A stretch of 64,000 bases of DNA. It comes from Rhabdothermincola salaria (GTDB taxonomy: Bacteria > Actinomycetota > Acidimicrobiia > Acidimicrobiales > Acidimicrobilacustridaceae). The first letter of the stretch is position 1. Each line of letters starts with the position of its first letter. Positions 18,527 to 27,558 of the stretch are shown here, one piece after another. The stretch covers positions 1,692,168-1,756,167 of the forward strand of contig NZ_JAJQXW010000001.1 in NCBI RefSeq assembly GCF_021246445.1. Direction: 5' to 3'. The notes below the pieces were generated by a model that saw only the letters and a program-made list of their open reading frames with translations, had not been told where the DNA came from and searched no databases. The translations under genes were made by a program, and so were the position numbers.

Positions 18527-19777
18527 TCACAGCCCGAGTGCGGCGTCGAGGAGGTGCACCGCCACCTGGTCGCCGACCTCGACGCCGGCACCGTCGGGGA
18601 GCTCGGCCAGACCTCCGGCGTTGGCCATGGCGGTCAGCTGGTGGCTGCCCTGGGCACCGGCCGACGCGACGTGCACCCGTCCGTCCGAGGTGTCCCACCG
18701 AGTCCGGACCCGGACGAAGTGGGTCTTGCCGTCCGCCTTGCGGGCCATGGCCTCGTCGGCGATGGCGACGATCTGGGGCCGGAACCGGTCGATGCCGGTG
18801 CGGCCCGCCATCTGGCGCAGCGCCGGCCGGCAGAACAGCTCGAAGCTCACCATCGACGACACGGGGTTGCCGGGCAGCCCGAAGATCGGCACGACCACGC
18901 CGTCGGCGCGCTCGACGGTGCCGAAGGCGAGGGGCTTGGCCGGCTTGATGGCCACCTGCATCCAGCGCATGGCGCCCAGGCGGTCGAGCACGACCTTCAC
19001 GAAGTCGAAGTCGCCCATGCTCACCCCGCCGCTGGTGACGAGGGCGTCGCACCGCTCGATGCCCGCCCGGATGCCGTAGGTGATCACGGCCTCGTCGTCG
19101 GGGAGCAGCCCGAGGTCGACCACCTCGAACCCCGCGGCCGCGAGCAGCGTGCGCAGCGCCAGGCGGTTGGAGTCGCGGATCTGCCCCGGGCCGAGCGGCC
19201 CGCCTCCGTCGACGAGCTCGTCGCCGGTGGAGAGCACCCCCACCACCGGGCGGCGCACCACGGGCACCTCTTGGACGCCCACGGTGGCCAGCAGGGCCAG
19301 GTGCGCGGCCCCCAGCACCGTGCCGGCCGCCACGACCTCGTCGCCGGGGCGCACGTCGTCGCCCACGGGGCGCACGTGCAGCCCCGCAGCCACCTCCGCG
19401 AGGACAGCCACTCGGTCGCCGGTGACCTCGGTGCGCTCGACCATGACCACGGCGTCGGCCCCCGGCGGCATGGGTGCGCCGGTCATGATGCGGGCGGCTC
19501 GCCCTTCGCCGACGGGAGCGTCGAGCCCGGACATGCCGGCCTGGACGGTGCCCACGATCTCGAGGTCGACCGGGTGGTCGGGTCCGGCTCCGACGGTGTC
19601 GGCGGCCCGCACCGCGAAGCCGTCCATGGCCGTGTTGGCGAACGGGGGCACCGCCTCACCGGCCACCACCGCCGCCGCCAGCACTGCGCCGTGCGCCTCG
19701 GCGACGGGGACGACGGCTTCGGGCCCGCGGGGGCACCCGCCGAACACGACGTCCCTCGCCTCGGCGAGCGAGATCAC
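18527..19777 (-). CDS. moeA: Molybdopterin molybdotransferase
   Basis: PPFANTAMDGFAV, IMTGAPMPPGADAVV, STGDEL, TSGGVSMG, GLPGNPVSS; GTGA overlap with galU. Confidence 0.96.
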   Translation of the reverse strand: MISLAEARDVVFGGCPRGPEAVVPVAEAHGAVLAAAVVAGEAVPPFANTAMDGFAVRAADTVGAGPDHPVDLEIVGTVQAGMSGLDAPVGEGRAARIMTGAPMPPGADAVVMVERTEVTGDRVAVLAEVAAGLHVRPVGDDVRPGDEVVAAGTVLGAAHLALLATVGVQEVPVVRRPVVGVLSTGDELVDGGGPLGPGQIRDSNRLALRTLLAAAGFEVVDLGLLPDDEAVITYGIRAGIERCDALVTSGGVSMGDFDFVKVVLDRLGAMRWMQVAIKPAKPLAFGTVERADGVVVPIFGLPGNPVSSMVSFELFCRPALRQMAGRTGIDRFRPQIVAIADEAMARKADGKTHFVRVRTRWDTSDGRVHVASAGAQGSHQLTAMANAGGLAELPDGAGVEVGDQVAVHLLDAALGL

Positions 19778-20661
19778 CGCAGGCCGCGCTTGTCGAGCAA
19801 CTCGACGAGGAAGTCGCGGAAGTCGGGGCCGAGGTCTTCCCGTTCGAGGGCCAGCTCCACCGTGGCGCGGAGGTAGTCGAGCTTCTTGCCGATGTCGTAG
19901 CGGCCGTCGCGGAACACCCACCCGTACACCGTCTGGCTGGCGAGCAGCACGGCGATGGCATCGGTGAGCTGGATCTCGCCACCGACCCCCGGGCGCACCT
20001 GCTCGAGGGCGTCGAAGATCTCGGGGGTGAACACGTAGCGCCCCATGACCGCCAGGTTCGACGGGGCGTCCTCGGGGGCGGGCTTCTCGACGATGCCGCG
20101 CACCTGCACGAGGTCGTCGCTGATGACTTCGGGATCGACGCAGCCGTAGGCGGAGATCTCCGAGGCGGGGAACTCCGAGAGGGCGACGACCGAACGGCCG
20201 TAGTGGGCGTAGGTGTCGATCATCTCGGTGAGCACGACGCCGTCGTCGACCATGATGTCGTCGCCGAGCATCACGACGAACGGGTTGTCGCCCACGTGCT
20301 TGCGGGCGACCGACACGGCGTGGCCCAGCCCCAGTGGTTCGCCCTGGCGCACGTAGTGGATGTCGGCCATCTCGGCGAGGGCCTTCATCTCGGCCAACTC
20401 GGTCTCCTTGCCCTTCTGGGCCAGGTAGTACTCGAGCTCGAAGTTGCGATCGAAGTGGTCCTCGAGGGTGCGCTTGCCCCGGCCGGTGATGATCAAGATG
20501 TCGTCGATGCCGGCCCGGACGGCCTCCTCGACGACGTACTGGATGGCCGGCTTGTCGACGACCGGCAGCATCTCCTTGGGTTGGGCCTTGGTGGCCGGGA
20601 GGAACCGGGTCCCGAGCCCGGCGGCAGGGATCACGGCCTTGGTGACGTGCGGCGTGGCCAC
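19774..20661 (-). CDS. galU: UTP--glucose-1-phosphate uridylyltransferase
   Basis: KAVIPAAGLGTRFLPATKAQPKEMLPVVDKP, LGLGHAV, VEKP, GEIQLTDAI. Confidence 0.97.
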   Translation of the reverse strand: MATPHVTKAVIPAAGLGTRFLPATKAQPKEMLPVVDKPAIQYVVEEAVRAGIDDILIITGRGKRTLEDHFDRNFELEYYLAQKGKETELAEMKALAEMADIHYVRQGEPLGLGHAVSVARKHVGDNPFVVMLGDDIMVDDGVVLTEMIDTYAHYGRSVVALSEFPASEISAYGCVDPEVISDDLVQVRGIVEKPAPEDAPSNLAVMGRYVFTPEIFDALEQVRPGVGGEIQLTDAIAVLLASQTVYGWVFRDGRYDIGKKLDYLRATVELALEREDLGPDFRDFLVELLDKRGLR

Positions 20662-20727
20662 GGACACTCCTCGTGCGATCGACGTGGCCCCGATGCTAGG
20701 TCGCACCGACCGGGGCGCTGCCGTATG

Positions 20728-20754
20728 CTGGCACTCGCGTTGCTCGAGTGCTAA
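20728..20754. promoter_or_regulatory. CIRCE element (HrcA operator)
   Basis: CTGGCACTC-N9-GAGTGCTAA versus consensus TTAGCACTC-N9-GAGTGCTAA; overlaps a TATGCT -10 at 20724-20729. Confidence 0.9.
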
Positions 20755-20780
20755 CGATCTGGTCCCCACGGAGGACGGCG

Positions 20781-21131
20781 ATGCCCACCTACGAATACCG
20801 CTGCAAGGACTGCGGCCGACACCTCGAGGCGCAGCAGGCCTTCACCGACGACCCCCTGACCGAGTGCCCCGAGTGCGGCGGCACCCTGAAGAAGAAGTTC
20901 GGGTCGGTCGGCATCGCCTTCAAGGGCAGCGGCTTCTACAAGAACGACGCCCGCCAGACGTCGTCGAGCAGCGCGTCGAGCACCGAGTCGAGCAGCGGCG
21001 GCGCCAGCACCACCGACAGCGGCTCCACCAGCACCAGCTCCGACAGCGCCTCCAAGAGCACCAGCTCCGACAGCGCCGGCAGCACATCGGGGTCCGACTC
21101 CACCAGCTCCAGCGGGTCCAGCGCCGCCTGA
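20781..21131 (+). CDS. FmdB-family zinc-ribbon protein with Ser-rich tail (Rv0991c-like)
   Basis: MPTYEYRCKDC...CPECGG...FKGSGFYKND; GGAGG RBS. Confidence 0.93.
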   Translation: MPTYEYRCKDCGRHLEAQQAFTDDPLTECPECGGTLKKKFGSVGIAFKGSGFYKNDARQTSSSSASSTESSSGGASTTDSGSTSTSSDSASKSTSSDSAGSTSGSDSTSSSGSSAA

Positions 21132-21141
21132 CACGGCGCCC

Positions 21142-21771
21142 TCAGGGCACCGCCCCCACCAGCGCCAGCACGACGGCGCCGTCGAGCACGGCCCGACCCA
21201 CCGCGGGCGCCGCCGAGGCATCGACCGCCACGGTGACGGTGAGCGCGTCGACGGCGAGCACCTCGGCACCCCGCGCCACCCGCCGGGCCCCGGTGGTGGA
21301 CCCCACCTCCGGCGCCAGCACGTCGACGCGGTCGCCGATCTGCAGGACGAGCGACCGGTCGTCGACGGGGACGGCCAGGGCCCGCTGGCCGGGCTCGAGC
21401 CGGGCGGCCGGGCCGGTGCCCCACCCGGCCAGGCGGGCATCGAGCACGACCTCTCCGGCCACGATCGCGTCACCGACCGCCCGGCCGAGGGGGTCCTCGG
21501 CCACCCCCTCGGGCACCATCACCTCGGGGAGGGCTCGGATCTCGACGTCGGCCGGGCCCACGACGTCGCCCACCGCCAGGGACCGCAGCGCCACCGGCAC
21601 CTCGCGCAGGGTGCCGTACGCCGCCCGGGCGGCGTCGGCCCGCGCCACGGCCCCGGCGGCGAGGGCGCCGGCGACGAGCGCGGCGACGACGGTGGCCGCC
21701 CAGCGGATCAGCGGCCGGCGTCGGCCCCGCCGGACGCGACGACGGTCGGGCCCGGCCAAGTGGGTTCCCAC
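21142..21771 (-). CDS. SAF-domain / CpaB-like protein; start uncertain (ORF open to 21864)
   Basis: TM helix, then VPVALRSLAVGDVV, GQRALAVP, GDRVDVL. Confidence 0.75.
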   Translation of the reverse strand: MGTHLAGPDRRRVRRGRRRPLIRWAATVVAALVAGALAAGAVARADAARAAYGTLREVPVALRSLAVGDVVGPADVEIRALPEVMVPEGVAEDPLGRAVGDAIVAGEVVLDARLAGWGTGPAARLEPGQRALAVPVDDRSLVLQIGDRVDVLAPEVGSTTGARRVARGAEVLAVDALTVTVAVDASAAPAVGRAVLDGAVVLALVGAVP

Positions 21772-21879
21772 GGTGGTCCTCCGAGACGACGAGGCACAGG
21801 TGGGGGAAGTGGGCCCGAGCCTAGGGGGCACCCGACGCCGGCGAAAGGGCCCGATCGGGGTCAACTAGCGTGCGACGCC

Positions 21880-22953
21880 GTGCGCGGTTCCCCCCTCCCT
21901 CGTCCGCGGCCCGTCCCGACCCGTGCCGTGCTCGCGCTGGCGACGGTGCTGGCGGTGCTCGCCTCGGCCCTCTGGCTCGCCCCCGCCGGGGCCACGCCCG
22001 CCCGTCCTGGCTCCGACCCCGGGGCTCCCGGCGAGCTGGCGGCCGCGACCGCAGAGGCCGACCCGGCGCCGGACACCGCCGACAGCACGGTCGACGGCAC
22101 GGTCGACGCCGAGGCGGCCGACAGCGAGATGACGCCGTTGAAGGCCGCCGTGCTCGGGGTGGTCGAGGGCGTCACCGAGTACCTGCCGGTGAGCTCCACC
22201 GGCCACCTGCTCGTCACCCAACGGATCCTCGGCATCGGGGAGGACGACGCCACCAAGGACGCCGCCGACTCCTACGCCATCGCCATCCAGTTCGGCGCCA
22301 TCCTGGCGGTGCTGGTGCTCTACCGGCGGCGGGTCGCCACCCTCTTCACCGGCCTGCTGGGCCGCGACCCCGACGGCCGCCGGCTCCTGGTGGCGCTGGT
22401 GTGCGCCACCGCCCCGGCCGTCGTGGTCGCCCTGCTCTTCGAGCGCCCCATCAAGGACAACCTGCTGGGGCCGTGGCCGGTGGTGGTGGCCTGGGTCGTG
22501 GGCGGGCTGGTCATCCTGGCCGTGTCGGGCCGGCTGCGACCGGACCGGCCCGGCTTCACGCTCGAACAGCTCGGACCCCGCCACGCCCTCATCATCGGCA
22601 TCGCCCAGATCATCGCCATGTGGCCCGGCACCAGCCGCAGCCTGGTGACCATCCTCGCCGCCCTGGCCGTCGGTGCCCGCCTCGCCACCGCGGTGGAGTT
22701 CAGCTTCCTGCTGGGCCTGGTGACGCTCAGCGGCGCCACCCTCTACGAGACCGTCAACAACGGCTCGACGATGCTCGACGCCTACGGCGCGGTGGACCCG
22801 ATCATCGGGCTGGTGTTCGCGTTCGTGTCGGCGGTGGTGGCCGTGAAGTGGATGGTCGCCTGGTTGCAGTCGCGGAGCCTGGCGGTCTTCGGCTGGGAAC
22901 GTCTCGCCGTCGCGGCCGTGGCCGTCGGCCTGCTGGTCACCGGCACGATCTGA
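21880..22953 (+). CDS. uppP: Undecaprenyl-diphosphate phosphatase with N-terminal extension
   Basis: GVVEGVTEYLPVSSTGHL, IQFGAILAV, PGTSRS, EFSFLL; start uncertain (21880, 21928 or 22129). Confidence 0.92.
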   Translation: MRGSPLPRPRPVPTRAVLALATVLAVLASALWLAPAGATPARPGSDPGAPGELAAATAEADPAPDTADSTVDGTVDAEAADSEMTPLKAAVLGVVEGVTEYLPVSSTGHLLVTQRILGIGEDDATKDAADSYAIAIQFGAILAVLVLYRRRVATLFTGLLGRDPDGRRLLVALVCATAPAVVVALLFERPIKDNLLGPWPVVVAWVVGGLVILAVSGRLRPDRPGFTLEQLGPRHALIIGIAQIIAMWPGTSRSLVTILAALAVGARLATAVEFSFLLGLVTLSGATLYETVNNGSTMLDAYGAVDPIIGLVFAFVSAVVAVKWMVAWLQSRSLAVFGWERLAVAAVAVGLLVTGTI

Positions 22954-23449
22954 TCGAGGCCCGCTCCCCCGAGTCGTGGCCCGGCACCACGAAGGCCAGG
23001 GCGGCCGCCGCCACCACGTGGAAGACCGAGTGGCCCGGCACCGGGGCGTCGGTGCCCGCCAGGTGCCGACCGGTGCGGCTCTGGGTGTGCAACAGCACGG
23101 CGGCCGCACCGAGGCCGGCGGCGGCCCGAGGGAAGCGGTCCGGGGGGTCGACGGCGAGGGCGAGGGGCAACGTGAGGGCCACGGCCGCGACCCCGAGGTC
23201 GTGGACGGCCTTGCCGGGCCGGTTGCCCGGACCGTGGAACCCGACGCTGCCGACCCCCACGAGGGCGGTGGCGCCCGCCACCGCCGTCCACGGCCAGGCC
23301 CGATCGCGCCGCCGCGCCCGGCGCACCATCGCCAGCGCCGCCACGACGAACGCCAGGCTCGACGTGGTGTTCGCCGGCTGGCCGATGCGACCGGGGCGGA
23401 TGCGCTCGCCGTCGTCGACGGCGACGTGGACGCGGGGCGGGCCGGTCAC
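22937..23449 (-). CDS. CREST-superfamily (alkaline ceramidase-like) membrane protein
   Basis: QPANTTSSLAF, GSVGFH (SxxxH), GHSVFH (HxxxH); GTGA overlap with the acyltransferase. Confidence 0.62.
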   Translation of the reverse strand: MTGPPRVHVAVDDGERIRPGRIGQPANTTSSLAFVVAALAMVRRARRRDRAWPWTAVAGATALVGVGSVGFHGPGNRPGKAVHDLGVAAVALTLPLALAVDPPDRFPRAAAGLGAAAVLLHTQSRTGRHLAGTDAPVPGHSVFHVVAAAALAFVVPGHDSGERASIRSCR

Positions 23450-24792
23450 GACGCCTCGCCCCCGTCGTCGGCGGTGACGGTGCGGGACCCGGCCGTCGCC
23501 GCCAGCTCGCCCGACGGCACCGCCGCCCGCACGGCGTCGATCACCTCGCCGCGAGCCGGGAGGGCCAGCTCGATGCTGCGGGCCCGTTCGAGCTGGGCCT
23601 GCCATCGCAGCAGCATCACGGTCAGGGTGATGGCGCGCTCGACGAGCCAGACGGCGGCCAGGGCGCCGATGGCGGCGAGGAGGACGACGAGGAGCCCGGC
23701 CCCCACGTCGTCGGCGGCGACGATCGCCGCGGTCACCCAGGCCGCCGGGAAAGCCACCAGGCCCACGAGCACCCGCACCGTGCCCTTGGTGACCGGGGTG
23801 CGCACGAACGTGCTCACGGCGGCGACGAGGGCTGCGGGGATGGCGTTCACCACGATCGTGGCGGCCACCACCCCTCCGAGCAGGACCACGAGCACGGCGA
23901 TGCCGAACGCCGAGCGCAGCAGCCGCCGCGGGCTGGTGGGGCTGACCACGTCGGTGTCGGTGAGGTGCAACCCCGACAGCAACGTCAGGTAGCGCCCGAG
24001 GGCCCCCGCCACCCTGGTCTGGGCCTCCGACGGCGCCCGACCCAGGCTCCGGGCCAGGTCGTAGCGGGCCTCGAGGGTGGGCGGGCGCCGACCCGGAGCG
24101 CTCAGGGCGACAGCGGCCGCCTGCTCCATGGCGAGGGCCGATCCCAGGTCGGCGAAGTCGAGGCTCACCGAACGCAGGCCGTGGTCGATGCGAGCGGTGA
24201 GCTCGGCGACGGCCGCGTGGTCGGTGTCACCGGCGTCGGGCGCGACCTCGTCGATCTCGTCGACCTCGATGGGCTCGCCGAACTGCACCAGGGCCGACGA
24301 CCGCAGCGCGGACTTGTCCGGGAAGGTGAGGCCCACCGGCACGACGACCACACCGGCCACGCCGTCGGCCCGGGCACCGAGGGCGATGCGGGCGGCGCCG
24401 GTGCGGATGGGGTCGAGTCGGGGGCGGTCGTGGGTCGTCCCCTCCGGGAAGATGGCCACCGTGTCGTTGGCGGCGAGGGCGCGGTGGCACTCGACGAACG
24501 CGTGGTCGTTGCCCTTCGTGGGGCCGTCCTGGCGGCGTTGGACGAACACCACCCCGACCCGCCGGAGCCAGAAGCCGGTGAGGGGCACCGAGAGCAGGGC
24601 GGCCTTGGCCACGAACCGGGGCAGCCGTCCGAGCACCGCCCCGATCACCAGGGGGTCGACGAACCCGTTGAAGTGGTTGGCCACCAACACCACGGGCCTC
24701 CCGCGTGGCAGGCGATCGCGGTCGGCGACCTCGACCCGGCGGAACAGCAGTCTGGCCGCGAAGCGACACACCAGGGCGATCAGCCGGCGCAC
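23446..24792 (-). CDS. Phospholipid/glycerol acyltransferase (PlsC-like) with C-terminal TM helices
   Basis: ANHFNGFVD (HX4D), RFVAK, IFPEGT. Confidence 0.9.
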   Translation of the reverse strand: MRRLIALVCRFAARLLFRRVEVADRDRLPRGRPVVLVANHFNGFVDPLVIGAVLGRLPRFVAKAALLSVPLTGFWLRRVGVVFVQRRQDGPTKGNDHAFVECHRALAANDTVAIFPEGTTHDRPRLDPIRTGAARIALGARADGVAGVVVVPVGLTFPDKSALRSSALVQFGEPIEVDEIDEVAPDAGDTDHAAVAELTARIDHGLRSVSLDFADLGSALAMEQAAAVALSAPGRRPPTLEARYDLARSLGRAPSEAQTRVAGALGRYLTLLSGLHLTDTDVVSPTSPRRLLRSAFGIAVLVVLLGGVVAATIVVNAIPAALVAAVSTFVRTPVTKGTVRVLVGLVAFPAAWVTAAIVAADDVGAGLLVVLLAAIGALAAVWLVERAITLTVMLLRWQAQLERARSIELALPARGEVIDAVRAAVPSGELAATAGSRTVTADDGGEAS

Positions 24793-24838
24793 GAACCCTC
24801 CACGCCGAGAGTCTGGCCCACCGAGGCCGCGCCGGGCG

Positions 24839-26221
24839 TCAGGTGCCGCTGAGGCTGATGTCGCCGAAGACGAGGGTGGGGCAGCCCGTGCCTCCCGGCA
24901 GCCACTCGACCTCTCCGCCGATGGCGTCGATGCCGAGGAGCATCTTCTGGAGGGTGGAGGCGATGGTGACCTCGCGCACCGGTTCGGCCCGCTGGCCGTC
25001 GCGGATCATGACGCCCTCGACGCCGACGGAGAGATCGCCGCTGATGGCGTTGACGCCGGAGTGCCAGCCGGTGATCGACTGGACCTCGACCCCCAGGTCG
25101 ACCGCCCCGACCAGCTCGTCGTGGGTGCCCGCGCCGGGGGTGACCGCCAGAGCCTGGCAACCGACCGACGGGGTGGACGTGACGCCCCGCACGGCCGACC
25201 CGGTGCTCGGGTGGCCGGCGCGGCGGCCGGTCGCGGAGTCGTAGAGGAAGCCCTGCAGCACCCCGTCGGCGACGAGGACGTTGCGCCGGCACGCCAACCC
25301 TTCGCCGTCGAAGGTCTCGGCGGCGAACGAACGGTGATCGGTGGGATCGTCGACGAGGGTGAGGCCGGGCACGGCGATGGTGTCGCCGAGGCGGTCGGCG
25401 AAGGGGGAACGACCCTTCAGGACCCGGTCGCCGGTGAGGGTGCCGCCGAGCAGGCCTACCACGGCGGCCGCCATGCGGGGCTCGAGGACGACCGAGAGGC
25501 GTCGGGAGCTCACCGGCCGGGCACCGAAGAGGCGCACCGCCCGGGTGACCGCGTCGGTCGCGGCCTCGTCGAGGTCGAGGTCGTCGGGTCCGAAGCCGAC
25601 CGTGGAGCCCGAACCGGTGTAGGTCTCGTCGCCTTCGGCGGCGAGGGCGAGCACGCCCATCGAGCACCACGCCGAGCGGGAGGCCCCGGCGATGCCGGTG
25701 CTGGAGGCGACGGCGGCCCGGCTCGACGAGTCGGAGAACGTGGCGACCCGCACCCCGGTGATGCGAGGGTCTCCACCGCGGACCATGGCCTCGAGCTCGA
25801 GGGCCAGCGCCACCTTGCGCTCGGGGGCCAGGGCGGCCACCGCCGGGTCGAAGGCGTCGAAGGGCACGGGCGCCACGCCGTCGGGGTCGGCCAGGCCGAC
25901 CCACTCGTCGGGCTGGGCGAAGGCCGCGTTGTCGCGAGCCTCGGCCAGGGTCTCGGCGACCACGTCCGGGTCGAGGCTCCCCGCCCAGGCGAACCCCTGG
26001 CGGTGGTCGCGCACGACCCGGATGCCCATGCCGGCGGTGGTGGCCGACGAGAACGACTCGACCTCACCGCCGTGGGCCTTGACCGTGGTGTACGAGCTGC
26101 GACCGACGAAGGCCTCGACCTGCTCACCACCGACGGCCTGGCGGGCGACGCCGGCGGCCAGGTCCAGGAGGTCGGCGCACTCGTCGTCGGGGGCGACGGT
26201 GCCCGCATCGGTCGCCGTCAT
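24839..26221 (-). CDS. pmbA: TldD/PmbA family protein, PmbA/TldE subunit (paralogue 2)
   Basis: KGRSPFADRLG, LVDDP, FDGEG, HSGVNAISGDLS; no HExxxH. Confidence 0.88.
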   Translation of the reverse strand: MTATDAGTVAPDDECADLLDLAAGVARQAVGGEQVEAFVGRSSYTTVKAHGGEVESFSSATTAGMGIRVVRDHRQGFAWAGSLDPDVVAETLAEARDNAAFAQPDEWVGLADPDGVAPVPFDAFDPAVAALAPERKVALALELEAMVRGGDPRITGVRVATFSDSSSRAAVASSTGIAGASRSAWCSMGVLALAAEGDETYTGSGSTVGFGPDDLDLDEAATDAVTRAVRLFGARPVSSRRLSVVLEPRMAAAVVGLLGGTLTGDRVLKGRSPFADRLGDTIAVPGLTLVDDPTDHRSFAAETFDGEGLACRRNVLVADGVLQGFLYDSATGRRAGHPSTGSAVRGVTSTPSVGCQALAVTPGAGTHDELVGAVDLGVEVQSITGWHSGVNAISGDLSVGVEGVMIRDGQRAEPVREVTIASTLQKMLLGIDAIGGEVEWLPGGTGCPTLVFGDISLSGT

Positions 26222-27558
26222 GCGCCCGACACGGTGACGTCGTGGATGACGAGGCTGACCCCCGAGGCGTTCATGGGGAGCCACTGGAGGTCGCCGCCCA
26301 CGGCGGCGACGTCGAGGAGCATGCGCTGGAGGGTGGAGGCGATGGTGAACTCCCGCACCGGCTCGGCCAACTCGCCACCCCGGATGCGCAGGCCCTCGGC
26401 GCCGGTGGAGAAGTCGCCGCTGACCGGGTTGACGCCCGAGTGCAGACCGGCGACGTCCTGGATCAGCACGCCGTCGCCGACCGACGCCACCAACTCGCCC
26501 TGGGAGGCGGTGCCGGGCACGAGGGACACCGCCATGCATCCGACCGACGGGGTCGAGGAGTAGCCCCGCACCGCGTTGCCGGTGCTGGCGCCACCCGACC
26601 GGCGGCCCGTGTAGGCGTTGTGCACGAACATCGACAGCGTGCCGTCGGCCACGAGCACGTTGCGACGGGCGGCCAGGCCCTCGCCGTCGGTGTCGGTGGC
26701 GGTGAAGGCCCGCGGGTCGGTGGGGTCGTCGACCAGCGTGACCAGCGGGGAGGCCACCTGTTCGCCGAGGCGCTCGGCGAACAGCGAGCGGCCCTTGAGC
26801 ACGGCCTCACCGCCGAGGGTGTAGCCGATGAGGCCGAGGAACTGGGCGGTGACCCACGGGTCGAGCACGACGGTGACGCGCTCCGACGGAGGCTGGGAGG
26901 CCCCCAGCAACCGGGTGGCCCGGTCGGCGGCGTCGGTGGCGGCCCGGCTCACGTCGAGGCTCTCGAGGTCGCGGCCCACGGAGAAGCCGAACCCGGTCTG
27001 GGTGTCGGGACCCTCGGTGGCCATGGCGTAGGTGGCGACGTAGCAGCTGGAGTCGCGGCTGCTGGAGCGGATGCCCGTCGTGGTGACGATGGCGGCCTCG
27101 GAGAGCGAGTCGACGTACTCGGCCGACTCGATGCCCGAGATGCGACCGTCGGCGGCCCGCACCGCCCGCTCGAGCTCCAGGGCCAGCCCCACCTTGCGAT
27201 CGGTGGGGGTGTGAGCCAGGGACTCGCGGTAGAGGTCGAGCGTGGGTACGGTCACGCCGTCGGGTTCGGCCAGGCCGGCGAAGGGGTCGACGGTCGCGAA
27301 GCGGGCGTTGTCGCGGGCCTCGGCGAGGGTCTCGTCGAGCACGTCCGGGTCGAGGCTGCCGGCGTAGGCGAAGCCCTGGCGGCCGCCGACGACGACGCGG
27401 ACGCCCACGCCCTGGCTCTGGGCCGAGGCGAGCGACTCGACCTCGCCCTCGTAGACCCGGATCTCGGTGTCGAGGCCGCGCACGACGACGGCTTCGAGCT
27501 GCTCCCCGTCGTTGGCCCGGGCGACCACCTGGTCGGCGATGTCGAGCAGATCGCCCAT
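26218..27558 (-). CDS. pmbA: TldD/PmbA family protein, PmbA/TldE subunit (paralogue 1)
   Basis: KGRSLFAERLG, LVDDP, DGEG, STGNA, HSGVNPVSGDFS; no HExxxH. Confidence 0.88.
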   Translation of the reverse strand: MGDLLDIADQVVARANDGEQLEAVVVRGLDTEIRVYEGEVESLASAQSQGVGVRVVVGGRQGFAYAGSLDPDVLDETLAEARDNARFATVDPFAGLAEPDGVTVPTLDLYRESLAHTPTDRKVGLALELERAVRAADGRISGIESAEYVDSLSEAAIVTTTGIRSSSRDSSCYVATYAMATEGPDTQTGFGFSVGRDLESLDVSRAATDAADRATRLLGASQPPSERVTVVLDPWVTAQFLGLIGYTLGGEAVLKGRSLFAERLGEQVASPLVTLVDDPTDPRAFTATDTDGEGLAARRNVLVADGTLSMFVHNAYTGRRSGGASTGNAVRGYSSTPSVGCMAVSLVPGTASQGELVASVGDGVLIQDVAGLHSGVNPVSGDFSTGAEGLRIRGGELAEPVREFTIASTLQRMLLDVAAVGGDLQWLPMNASGVSLVIHDVTVSGA

